A DNA stretch of 44,021 bases from a bacterium. GTDB lineage: Bacteria; SZUA-182; DTGQ01; JAFGSM01. Position numbers and translations under genes: made by a program. Shown here piece after piece: positions 1 to 9,299 of the stretch. The stretch spans positions 1-44,021 of the forward strand of contig JBLIRP010000022.1 in assembly GCA_049472355.1 (NCBI GenBank), given 5' to 3'. Under the pieces are notes generated by a model. It saw only the letters and a list, made by a program, of their open reading frames with translations, made no database searches and was not told where the DNA came from. Within the stretch, counting starts at the first letter, position 1, and each line of letters starts with the position of its first letter.

Positions 1-109
1 GGTACAAACGCACCAATTCCTTGGCGCTCAATCTTTTTTCCTTTAGCAGAGCAATCTGCCTGTGGATAGGCTGGGCACAGATCGCTTCCGTCATTTTCCC
101 CTCGTCCAT
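1..109 (-). CDS. gatA: 5' end of an amidase, probably Asp/Glu-tRNA amidotransferase subunit A (partial, runs off the window)
   Basis: Manual translation from ATG 109 (or 94) gives MDEGKMTEAICAQPIHRQIALLKEKRLSAKELVRLY, which resembles the GatA/amidase N-terminal helix pattern (LxxKxxSAxEL). Only 36 codons are visible. Confidence 0.55.
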   Translation of the reverse strand, partial: MDEGKMTEAICAQPIHRQIALLKEKRLSAKELVRLY

Positions 110-205
110 TCCTTCCACCCTGCGGCGATTGCCTCATCCTCTTCAACACACAGCGGCGGAGGAAGGATAGGCGTTCCCTCCAACGGGTAAAGGCATCTAC
201 GTGCC

Positions 206-261
206 AAAAAAGGAAGGGGGTAGGTCAAGAGATTGGATCGTCCGATCTATTGCTACCCCCT
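206..261 (-). terminator. Intrinsic terminator of hup
   Basis: Long interrupted hairpin (AGGGGGTAG 215-223 / CTACCCCCT 253-261, inner AGATTGGA/TCCGATCT), followed on the minus strand by TCCTTTTTT, just past the hup stop. Confidence 0.7.
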
Positions 262-274
262 GTATTGATCGATT

Positions 275-550
275 TTACAGAATGTCCTTTAACCCTTTAC
301 CCGGTTTGAATTTTACAACCTTTCTGGCAGGTATCTTCAACTCGGCACCTGTCTGAGGGTTACGACCCACTCTGGATTTACGGCTGGCAACCGAGAACGT
401 CCCAAAGCCGATAAGCGTAATATTTTCCCCCTTCTTCAGCGCACCCTTTACGCCATCGACGAACGCATTCAGTGACTTTTCAGCCGCCACCTTACTAATA
501 CCAGCCTCTCCAGCCATTCTTTCCACCAAATCCGCCTTATTCAACCCCAT
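275..550 (-). CDS. hup: HU family DNA-binding protein
   Basis: NKADLV start, GFGTFSV, GRNPQTG and KFKPGK motifs. AAAGGAGG RBS upstream. Confidence 0.97.
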   Translation of the reverse strand: MGLNKADLVERMAGEAGISKVAAEKSLNAFVDGVKGALKKGENITLIGFGTFSVASRKSRVGRNPQTGAELKIPARKVVKFKPGKGLKDIL

Positions 551-962
551 CCCTCCTTTCTCATGTTACTGTATGGTTAAATAGACCTGCAAAACAACAA
601 TAACATCCGGTACACGTTATTAGATACTATAACCCTCAACCGTTGTCAAGTCTTTAATTTCCCCAAAATGGTTTCTCTGTCTATTTCTACAGGCAAGATA
701 CGGCTATCTCTATGATTTTATTCAAGTAATATCTTTAGGCACAATATTCGATCCACGGGGAAAATGCCCCCTTGCGTTCCCCCCAATTCCAATTTTGAAT
801 CGTGAATCCGGGAACATGGGCAGACATGTCCGCCCACGACGACGGAAAGCCAAAAGTGGAAATCCCTTTTCCCTTGCCGACATCCCTTGCCGATTATTTT
901 GCATCCGGATGATTTCCTTGGTACACTATGATTTTTTTTCATAACAATGGTATTATTAACGT

Positions 963-1736
963 ATGGACATGAATAGAGACATCAGCAGTACCGTTATCCT
1001 GATCCTGCTCCTCGTTGTGATCTCGGGCCTGGTGTTCTATCTGTTTTTCTATCCCGGCTCCAAGCCGAATTCCCCTCCCTCGGTGGAGCCGGGTGACCAG
1101 AACGTCAATCTCTTCCTCCCCCCCACCCTTGATACCAGATACAAGGGAAAGGATGTGTATGTCATCGATCCACGGGCAAAGGTGCGGATGGAGCCTCGAT
1201 CGGATGCCACGGTCGTTGCGGAGAAAAAAAGGGGGGACCAACTCACCGTGATCGGCGCGAATGAGGGATGGTTCGAGGTGGAATTCGAGGATAAGAGGGG
1301 ATGGATACTCAGGGAGCAGGTTATCGACAGGCTCCCGTCCTCACGGAAGGCGGAAAAACCCGCCCATCCCGACACCGAGGTCCAGGAAAATATCCAGGTG
1401 CTCGATCAGCTCAGGGCGGATACGGATAATATCGCGGCCTTCATCAACCAGAGGGCAACGGAGCTGTTCGGGCAGGACATGGTCTCGGGATTCGAGATAC
1501 GAGACGGCGGAAAAAGACTTACCATGTATGTGACCAAGGCATGGTATGTCCTGCCGCCGTTTCAGAAGCAGGTCATGATAAACCTGGTGGCCATGCGATA
1601 CGGGAATCAAACATGTATTCACGGCGTCAGGACCGAATGCTCCCCGAATGATTTCCCCTTCATCAATTTTCTCAATCCCGACAACAAGGAGATTGCCCGG
1701 GTGGGACCGAATCAACCTATGCAGATATTCGAGTGA
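963..1736 (+). CDS. Membrane-anchored bacterial SH3 (SH3b) domain protein
   Basis: N-terminal TM helix, then an SH3b-like segment VRMEPRSDATVV...GDQLTVIGANEGWFEVEFEDKRGWI. C-terminal domain unrecognised. Confidence 0.8.
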   Translation: MDMNRDISSTVILILLLVVISGLVFYLFFYPGSKPNSPPSVEPGDQNVNLFLPPTLDTRYKGKDVYVIDPRAKVRMEPRSDATVVAEKKRGDQLTVIGANEGWFEVEFEDKRGWILREQVIDRLPSSRKAEKPAHPDTEVQENIQVLDQLRADTDNIAAFINQRATELFGQDMVSGFEIRDGGKRLTMYVTKAWYVLPPFQKQVMINLVAMRYGNQTCIHGVRTECSPNDFPFINFLNPDNKEIARVGPNQPMQIFE

Positions 1737-1801
1737 AACATTCATGAGCCTTCGGCTCACAAAGAAGCATGAAAATGCCCAAAGGGGATTTTCAGATGAA
1801 A
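1737..1801. repeat. Double-hairpin REP-like element (family B), copy 1
   Basis: TGAGCC-TTC-GGCTCA and TGAAAAT-N11-ATTTTCA hairpins. Aligns with 24365-24430. Confidence 0.7.
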
Positions 1802-1886
1802 CCTCCCCTTTAACGTATTGGCTTGAACCGCTGAGGCCCCTGGCAAGCTACCGGGTGCCCGTACCCCCGCCCGGGAGGGGGACAAG

Positions 1887-4049
1887 CTAAATCAGCGGCT
1901 TTCCACCCGGGGTCCCTCCCAGGCCGCCCCCAAAAAATCCACCGCCGGCCCCGGGGAAGCCTCCCCCAGGGAAACCGCCGCCCGGACCGATTCCGCCTCC
2001 CCCCGGACCCGCCATCACCGGCGGTATTGCCGGGGTAACCACCGGCGCGGGAACAGTAACCGGCGGGGTAACCGGTGCCGTCACCATTGGTGTCACCGGC
2101 GCAGCCGGCGGCATAATCTTCGGCACTGCACCGCCGATCCCTCCGCCGGCTCCGGGGAAGCCTCCCCCGGGTACACCACCGCCCAGACCAGGTCCGCCCG
2201 CCCCCGGCCCCGCCATTAACGGCGTCATTGCCGGAAAAACCACCGGCGCAGGAACAGTGACCGGAATGTTGACCGGCACCGTCACCGCAGGGATTACCGG
2301 TACAGGGGGCGGTGTAACCACCGGCACTGTCAACGCAGGGGCCAGGGCTACCGGAACGGGCACTACCGGCGTGGGCGTTACCGCTGCAGGGGGTGGTACA
2401 GCCACCGGCACTGTCAACGCAGGGGCCGGGGTAGCCGGGGTGGTAACCGCCGGTACCGGTGTTGCAGGCAGCGCAGCGGGCGGCACAACAACGGGAGTGC
2501 CCACAGGCGCTGGTGTGATTCCAACAGGCGCCGCCGCAGTGGGAAGGGTGATTGCAGCGGGTGGCACCACGGTCACGGTGGGGGCGGGAACAACGGTTGG
2601 GGCAACCACGGGAATCACACCCGGAACCTGCAAAACAGGAGCAGGGCTGGCAACGGCTACCGGCGTGGCAGGCAGTGGGATCCCGGGTGATGGTGCGGGT
2701 GACTGGGAAAAAGGGCCGAACAGGGCAAGCAGGAAATCGGGGATACCGCCGGGCAGGGGGATCTCCAGATCAGGGTTCTGAAGCAGCGCCATACCAAGGA
2801 GGATATCCCCCAGACCATACAGCCCTCCCAGGCCGCCGTAGAGCCCGAAGAGTCCTGTCCCGCCGTACAGGCCGTAGCCGCCCCCATATGTTCCCAATAA
2901 CCCCATTCCGCCGTAGAGGCCGTAGCCCCCGTATAGACCCATCCCACCGAATAATCCCATTCCCCCGTATAATCCCATTCCCCCATACAGCCCTCCCAGG
3001 CCGCCGTAGAGCCCGAAGAGTCCCATACCGCCGTACAGGCCGTAGCCGCCCCCATATGTTCCCAATAACCCCATTCCACCATAGAGGCCGTAGCCCCCGT
3101 ATAGACCTCCGATGCCCCCGTATAACCCATAACCTCCGTATAACCCCAATCCGCCGTAGTATCCCAGCCCCCCGCCGTATCTTCCCAGCGAAGCACCGTA
3201 GAGCCCCCCCATCCCTCCATAGATGCCGTAGGAACCGCCGTAATAGCCATATCCTCCGGCATATCCGCCGACTGAGCCGGCCGGATAGATGAGACCGGGA
3301 TAGGAAATAGGTACATATCCTCCGGCAGTGGTCACCTGCGCAGTGTTCGAGGAATCGTTCCCGGAATCTCCTGAGTCGGCATCGGTCTGCGTATCGTCGG
3401 GGGGAAGACTCGCCTCCTCTCCGGTAAGATGGATGAAGACCAATCCATAATCCTTCCCATCGATCTTTCTGGTAAGCCGGAACGATTCACGGGGATCATT
3501 GGAGGACCATCCCTGGTCAAACAAATGCACATTCGTATCGAGGTATATGTCATACGGGCCTGTCTTTTGCCCGGTAACAGGATCCTTCGACCATAACCAG
3601 ATATCTCCGACATAACAGTCGGCTCCTCTGATTCCGATCCGTGAAACGGCCTTGAAATCGACGATGTCTTCGGCGATATCATGCTCAAAAAAGACAGGGG
3701 TATCCTGCCCTGTTTCAAGCTCAGCAAGAGGCACCAGGTACAACGATCCCCGCTTGGATCCCGTATCACCCGTATACGGGCAATACCGAACCAGTATCCT
3801 CGGCATGCGCGGGTTGTATGTCTCGACAAACAGGATAATCTCAAAGGTTTCATTGACCACGTAGTAAAAGCTCAGCAGCGATTTCTCTTGAATCCACGCG
3901 GCATCGTCCCTCAAGTCGAGGCTCGCATATGATGTCAGGGGATCCGTTCCCAAACCATCCCTTGGAGCACCCAATATCATCGCATGGGATACCATGAGGA
4001 GGATCAAGAGCATCTGCCAAAGGCGAACACCCCTTTTATCAATCATCAT
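1887..4049 (-). CDS. Secreted multi-block low-complexity protein (globular N-domain, GLYGG-repeat block, Pro/Val/Thr/Ala block, GPGGG/GGFPG blocks)
   Basis: Long ORF. Start moved to ATG 4049 after AAGGAGAG. Hydrophobic signal peptide. Compositional blocks are directly visible. Confidence 0.8.
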   Translation of the reverse strand: MMIDKRGVRLWQMLLILLMVSHAMILGAPRDGLGTDPLTSYASLDLRDDAAWIQEKSLLSFYYVVNETFEIILFVETYNPRMPRILVRYCPYTGDTGSKRGSLYLVPLAELETGQDTPVFFEHDIAEDIVDFKAVSRIGIRGADCYVGDIWLWSKDPVTGQKTGPYDIYLDTNVHLFDQGWSSNDPRESFRLTRKIDGKDYGLVFIHLTGEEASLPPDDTQTDADSGDSGNDSSNTAQVTTAGGYVPISYPGLIYPAGSVGGYAGGYGYYGGSYGIYGGMGGLYGASLGRYGGGLGYYGGLGLYGGYGLYGGIGGLYGGYGLYGGMGLLGTYGGGYGLYGGMGLFGLYGGLGGLYGGMGLYGGMGLFGGMGLYGGYGLYGGMGLLGTYGGGYGLYGGTGLFGLYGGLGGLYGLGDILLGMALLQNPDLEIPLPGGIPDFLLALFGPFSQSPAPSPGIPLPATPVAVASPAPVLQVPGVIPVVAPTVVPAPTVTVVPPAAITLPTAAAPVGITPAPVGTPVVVPPAALPATPVPAVTTPATPAPALTVPVAVPPPAAVTPTPVVPVPVALAPALTVPVVTPPPVPVIPAVTVPVNIPVTVPAPVVFPAMTPLMAGPGAGGPGLGGGVPGGGFPGAGGGIGGAVPKIMPPAAPVTPMVTAPVTPPVTVPAPVVTPAIPPVMAGPGGGGIGPGGGFPGGGFPGAGGGFFGGGLGGTPGGKPLI
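2815..3107. repeat. Internal ~125-bp near-identical duplication (period 168 bp = 56 codons) in the Gly/Tyr block
   Basis: 2815-2939 and 2983-3107 match almost base for base. Confidence 0.85.
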
Positions 4050-4701
4050 AACTCTCCTTATGTAAGGACAAAACAAAACGGGCAATCGCACCCGCCGTGT
4101 CCGACCATTTTCCCCTTTCTCAGGTCTGCCCGCTCATGGAATATATCCGGTGCCACGGGCAACAGGACCTATGGACATCGATTCTTCACGGAACCCTTGC
4201 GTTGATTGAAAAACGAAGAGAGTTCTCCGCCTTACTGGTACTATAACGTGTTGTGAGAAATACGGTAATGGGGGAAACGTACCAAGATATAGTGTATGTG
4301 GAGTATATCGATGTTTATCCTATGTCCCTTCTTTACATAGTATGGGTCATGCCACCCTTGTTTGTCAAGCATCGGCACGGGAAAACCCCGAGTGGTATCG
4401 ACTCCCCTGTTGTGATAGTATCATTACATAATTCCGTTGAGAAATCCCTTTAAGGATCCCAGGGGTGTTCCTTACCCGTGCGGTCGATGCCCCCCGAGTC
4501 GACTGCCGGCGTGCATCACCGTTACCGGTGTTGATATGGGCCTTCCACTTGAAATAATAGGCCCTCCGGCGACAATGGCTGATCCCCTGCATGCACGGCA
4601 AGGCATTTTTCCCTGATGATTTCGCGGGTTTGTGATCATGAGATATATACTATCATACAAGCACCTAAATGGTCATCTTTCAGATACGGAGGTTTTTCAG
4701 G

Positions 4702-5622
4702 ATGCGTCTTCTCGTTGTCGGATCGATCGCCTTGGATACCATAACCACCCCATTCGGCACCATCAACGAGGGCCTCGGCGGCTCCGCCACCTATTTCTCC
4801 TTGGCCGCTCGACATTTGACGGATATCAACCTGGTTGCCGTGATCGGTGATGATTTCCCTCAGGAATATGTAACCCTTTTTCAGGGAAAGGGAATCGATA
4901 TTGAGGGGCTTCAGAGGTCTCCGGGGAAGACCTTTCGATGGACCGGCGAGTACGGATTCGACCTCAACGAGGCCCGAACCATCGATACGCAACTCAATGT
5001 ATTCCAGGACTTCACCCCGCAACTGCCCGAGGCCTATCGCAACAGTGACTGCGTCTTTCTTGCCAATATCGATCCGGACCTTCAGAGAAAGGTCCTGGAA
5101 CAGGTCGATTCACCGACTATTGTGGCATGCGATACCATGAATTACTGGATCCGACACAAGCCCCAATCCCTGAAAAAGACGATCGAACGAGTGGACATCG
5201 TCATCATCAACGAGTCGGAGGTGCGGCAGCTCACCGCAGAGCCTAATCTGGTGAAGGCCTCCCGAACCATTCTCTCCTGGGGACCCACGATCTTGATCAT
5301 CAAGCGGGGTGAGTACGGGGTGCTGATGTTCTCGGACCATTCGGTATTCTCGGCGCCTGCATATCCCCTGGAGGAGATGTTTGATCCTACGGGCGCCGGA
5401 GACAGCTTTGCCGGCGGTTTCATGGGATTCCTCGCCAACGTCGGCACAGTGGATGAAACCAATGTGCGAAGGGGGATCGTCATGGGAAGCGTCATGGCAT
5501 CCTTTTGTGTGGAGGCATTTACCCCCAGGCGGCTGATTGACCTGAATCCTCAGGAGATCAGGAATAGATATGGCGAATTCAAACAATTAACGTGTTTTGA
5601 AGATCTCTCCGAGATCATCTGA
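4702..5622 (+). CDS. PfkB/ribokinase family carbohydrate or nucleoside kinase
   Basis: LLVVGSIALD, GGSATY and DPTGAGDSFAGG signatures. Start placed at MRLLVVG. Confidence 0.93.
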   Translation: MRLLVVGSIALDTITTPFGTINEGLGGSATYFSLAARHLTDINLVAVIGDDFPQEYVTLFQGKGIDIEGLQRSPGKTFRWTGEYGFDLNEARTIDTQLNVFQDFTPQLPEAYRNSDCVFLANIDPDLQRKVLEQVDSPTIVACDTMNYWIRHKPQSLKKTIERVDIVIINESEVRQLTAEPNLVKASRTILSWGPTILIIKRGEYGVLMFSDHSVFSAPAYPLEEMFDPTGAGDSFAGGFMGFLANVGTVDETNVRRGIVMGSVMASFCVEAFTPRRLIDLNPQEIRNRYGEFKQLTCFEDLSEII

Positions 5623-5626
5623 TCCG

Positions 5627-8296
5627 ATGCAGGTTATCACCACGCATATAAACGCCGATTTCGATTCCTTCGCCTCGATGCTTGCAGCCAAGAAGCTCTA
5701 TCCCGATGCGCGGATCGTTTTTCCCGGTTCACAGGAGGGCAACCTTCGCTATCTGCTGAAAATCCCCGAGTATAAGGTGAGGTATCACAAACCCAAGGAA
5801 ATCGATCTGGACAGCATCGATCATCTGATACTGGTGGATACGCGGATGGCGGATCGTATCGGCGACCTGGCAAAGGTGCTCGATGCCCCCGGTCTCACCA
5901 TTCACATCTTCGATCACCATCCGAGCCATCCCAACGACATCCACGGGCAGGTCGAGGTGGTCAGGCCGGTGGGCGCCACCACCACGCTCTTTGTCAACAT
6001 CTTCCAGGAGAGGGGGATCGACATCACCCCCCACGAGGCGACCATCATGGCGCTGGGCATCTATGAGGATACGGGGTGCCTGACCTTCAGCTCGACCACT
6101 GCGGATGATCTGCATGCAGCGGGGTATCTGCTCGATCGCGGTGCAAACCTCAATATGGTTGCAGACCTGATCGACAGGGGATTGACCACCGGGCACATCA
6201 CCATCATGAACGATCTCCTCAACTCCCTGGAGGTTCACCTCATCAACGGCATCCCCATCCACGTGTCCACGGCATCCATCGACCGGTACATGGGGGATAT
6301 TGCAATTCTGGCCCACAAGATCCGGGATATCGAAAACATGGACACCCTCTTTCTTCTGGTGCGGATGGAAGACCGGGTTCACCTCGTTGCCAGGAGCCGC
6401 ATCAGCGAGGTGGACGCCGGCCTGATCGCACGCGAATTCAACGGCGGGGGGCACCATACCGCCGCCTCCGCCACGATCAAGGAGATGACCCTTGTTCAGG
6501 CAAAGGAAAAACTGCTCACGGTTCTCCAGCAGAACATCCATACGCCCAAGACCGCCCAGGAGATCATGACGGCCCCGGTCAAGACGGTGACCCAGCACCG
6601 GAACATGCTGGAGGCGAAGGACCTGCTGAATCAATACAGTATCAATACCATACCGGTCACGGGGGATACGGGTGAATTGATCGGCCTGATCACACGCCAG
6701 ACCATCGATAAGGCGATCGGACACGGCATGGGGACCGCCCCGGTCAAGGAGTTGATGGTGAGCGATCTCCTCACCGTCGCCCCTGAGACCTCCATCGACA
6801 AGGTCAGGGAACTCATGATCGAAAGCAACCAGCGTTTTTTGCCCGTGCTGCGGGGAGACACCCTGGTGGGGGTGATCACCAAGACCGACCTGTTGCGGGT
6901 CCTGCACGACGACCTCTCCCGGTTGCCCCGGCCCTTTCTGTACGAAGGGATGGTCGAAAAGGGGGACTACCAGTCCAAAAACCTCACCAGCCTCATCAAG
7001 GAGCGCCTTCCCGAGCGGGTGCAGGCCCTGCTCAAAACAGCCGGTGAGGTGGCCGAGGAACTGGGCTTCTCCGCGTATGTGGTGGGAGGGTTCGTCAGGG
7101 ACCTGATGCTGCGGGTGGAGAATCTGGATATCGACATCGTGGTGGAGGGGAACGGCATCCTCTTTGCCGAATACATGCACCATACACTGGGCGGGAGGCT
7201 CTGCTCCCACCAGAAGTTCGTCACCGCCGTACTCGTGCTCCATGATGGATTCAAAATGGACGTGGCAACTGCCCGATTGGAGTACTATCCGAAGCCGGTC
7301 GACCTTCCCAGCGTTGAGATGAGTTCGATAAAGCACGACCTGTTCAGGCGGGATTTCACCATCAACACCCTCGCCATCCAGTTGAATCCTCAAAGCTTCG
7401 GCAGGCTCATCGATTTCTTCGGCGGGCAGCGGGACCTCAAGGACAAAAAGATCCGCGTCCTGCACAGCCTCAGCTTCGTCGAGGACCCTACCCGCGTATT
7501 TCGCGCCATCCGCTTCGAGCAGCGGTACGGATTCCAGATAGGCAAATATACCAGGAACCTCATCATCTCCGCCATCAAACGGGGATTGCTTTCACGGCTT
7601 GACGGCAAAAGGCTCTTTGTGGAACTCGACCTGATTTTTCAGGAACCCGATCCCACAAAGGCCCTGACCCGCATGGGTGAATTCAAGGTGCTCGAGCACC
7701 TCACGCCATCCATCATCTATTCCCCGGAACTCGAAAAATTGATGATCAACGTGAGAAACGTGATCACCTGGTATGACCTGCTGTATCTCACCGAACAAGT
7801 CGAAAAATGGATCGTCTATTTTTGTGCGTTGACCGATTCCCTCACCGATCAGGAGATGATAACCCTCCTGGAGCGATTCAACATATCCGCCAAGGCGCGG
7901 GACAAGATCCTCTCCTGCCACCGCACCTCAGCTCAGGTGATCAAGAGGCTCTATCGCCTCAAGACGAGTCAATACAGCAAGATCTACCTCCTTCTTCGTC
8001 CGATCCCCACCGAAGGGCTGCTCTATCTCATGGCCAGGTGCGAGGCATCGAGGCTGAAACAGATGATCTCCCATTTTCTGACCTCCCTCAAGGGTGTTCA
8101 CGTCGCCATAACCGGTGAGAACCTCAAGAAAATGGGGTTCACCCCGGGCCCTTCATTCAGGGAAATCTTTGAAGATTTACTCAAGGCACGACTGGACGGT
8201 ATGGTCACCAATCTCGAGGAGGAGGCATCGTTCGTCGAGGGACGATTCGGTCACCTCCGCACCCGCACAACAAGGTCCAAACAGAAGGGTTTGTGA
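5627..8296 (+). CDS. DHH-DHHA1-CBS-CBS tRNA nucleotidyltransferase (likely A-adding type)
   Basis: HINADFDS, LVD and FDHH (DHH domain), GGGH (DHHA1), two CBS domains, then VGGFVRD..DIDIVV, RRDFTIN and EDPTRVFRAIRF (class II NTase). Confidence 0.92.
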   Translation: MQVITTHINADFDSFASMLAAKKLYPDARIVFPGSQEGNLRYLLKIPEYKVRYHKPKEIDLDSIDHLILVDTRMADRIGDLAKVLDAPGLTIHIFDHHPSHPNDIHGQVEVVRPVGATTTLFVNIFQERGIDITPHEATIMALGIYEDTGCLTFSSTTADDLHAAGYLLDRGANLNMVADLIDRGLTTGHITIMNDLLNSLEVHLINGIPIHVSTASIDRYMGDIAILAHKIRDIENMDTLFLLVRMEDRVHLVARSRISEVDAGLIAREFNGGGHHTAASATIKEMTLVQAKEKLLTVLQQNIHTPKTAQEIMTAPVKTVTQHRNMLEAKDLLNQYSINTIPVTGDTGELIGLITRQTIDKAIGHGMGTAPVKELMVSDLLTVAPETSIDKVRELMIESNQRFLPVLRGDTLVGVITKTDLLRVLHDDLSRLPRPFLYEGMVEKGDYQSKNLTSLIKERLPERVQALLKTAGEVAEELGFSAYVVGGFVRDLMLRVENLDIDIVVEGNGILFAEYMHHTLGGRLCSHQKFVTAVLVLHDGFKMDVATARLEYYPKPVDLPSVEMSSIKHDLFRRDFTINTLAIQLNPQSFGRLIDFFGGQRDLKDKKIRVLHSLSFVEDPTRVFRAIRFEQRYGFQIGKYTRNLIISAIKRGLLSRLDGKRLFVELDLIFQEPDPTKALTRMGEFKVLEHLTPSIIYSPELEKLMINVRNVITWYDLLYLTEQVEKWIVYFCALTDSLTDQEMITLLERFNISAKARDKILSCHRTSAQVIKRLYRLKTSQYSKIYLLLRPIPTEGLLYLMARCEASRLKQMISHFLTSLKGVHVAITGENLKKMGFTPGPSFREIFEDLLKARLDGMVTNLEEEASFVEGRFGHLRTRTTRSKQKGL

Positions 8297-9009
8297 TGAC
8301 TCCGCCCTCCACGCATGACTACACCATCAAGCTGCCTATATTCGAAGGTCCGATGGACCTCCTCCTCCATCTCATCAAAAAGGCACAAATAGACATCTGG
8401 GACATCCCCATCGCCCTGATTACCGAACAGTATCTCGACTACATCCGCATGATGCAGGACCTCAATCTGGATGTAGCCGGGGATTTTCTGGTGATGGCCT
8501 CATACCTGATGTATCTGAAGTCAAGGATACTCCTCGTTCCCGGGCCGCAAGACGACGAAGAGGACCCCGAGGAGACCCGGCTGCGGCTCGCTCAACGGCT
8601 GGTCGAATACCAGGCCTGCAAGAGGGGATCGGAAATCCTTGGCCAACTCGAAGAGGAGAGGAACAGGGTCATCCCTGCGCCGGGCATCCCCATCCCCTCC
8701 GAAGAGGAAATGATCGAGGCCGACCTCTTCGATCTCTTCAATGCCTACTACCTTTTATTCAAGGAACAGATAGATCCTGCCCGGCCCCATAGCGTTTCCA
8801 TTGATCCGATTGCCGTCAAGGACGAGATGGATGCAATTGAATCCACATTAAGAGTAAAGAAAAAAATATTTTTTCGTCTTATATATAGTAATTGCGACCC
8901 GGCGCGTTTTATTGCCGGTTTTTTGGCACTCTTGGAGCTGGCCCGGATACATAAGATCACCATCCTTCAAGGGCACACCTTTGGGGATATAGTGATCCAG
9001 GCGGCCTGA
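8293..9009 (+). CDS. scpA: Segregation and condensation protein A (kleisin)
   Basis: FEGPMDLLLHLI, ITEQYL, FLVMA..L..KSR.LL and FLALLEL motifs. Confidence 0.93.
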   Translation: MMTPPSTHDYTIKLPIFEGPMDLLLHLIKKAQIDIWDIPIALITEQYLDYIRMMQDLNLDVAGDFLVMASYLMYLKSRILLVPGPQDDEEDPEETRLRLAQRLVEYQACKRGSEILGQLEEERNRVIPAPGIPIPSEEEMIEADLFDLFNAYYLLFKEQIDPARPHSVSIDPIAVKDEMDAIESTLRVKKKIFFRLIYSNCDPARFIAGFLALLELARIHKITILQGHTFGDIVIQAA

Positions 9010-9299
9010 ACGTTCGTATCTCCGATTGTGCCTTTGAACATACCGATGCATCCGCTTCCGAGTTTCTGCAGCCGTACATCGGATATCACGGGGGACATAG
9101 GTCCCGCGTGGTATTTGTGCAAGAAAATTCATTCTTTATGAAAGGGAGGTTACAGTATATCTAAATTAAATTAAAAAAAATCAAAGAATTAATTGAAACT
9201 ATTAGATATGGCCCCCTGCCGGACTATTGATTATCTGGCAATATTATTGCATAATTAAGGAGCGGATTATTTTATGCAAAGTATGAGGAGGTTTAAGAG

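Noticed and set aside
815..865. c-di-GMP-I riboswitch suggested by GACGGAAAGCC
   Set aside because: It lacks the preceding GGCAAA/GNRA-capped stem and downstream pairing, so the match is too partial.
1734..1760. Sec read-through of the SH3 gene TGA, because a hairpin follows
   Set aside because: The hairpin belongs to repeat family B, and there is no Cys-motif context at this codon.
2257..3316. Alternative-frame ORFs (2257-2781 +, 2552-3292 +, 2657-3316 -) with repetitive translations
   Set aside because: They are shadows of the GC-rich low-complexity gene on the minus strand, with no RBS or signal peptide of their own.
4100..4700. Small ORFs or an ncRNA in the 600-bp divergent intergenic region
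   Set aside because: No convincing RBS, protein motif or recognisable RNA family, so it was treated as a regulatory region.
5729..7465. 578-aa antisense ORF (likewise 14253-16025, 19616-20809, 31407-32375, 9651-10694)
   Set aside because: These are antisense shadows of well-supported genes, caused by GC-rich codon usage, and carry no recognisable motifs.
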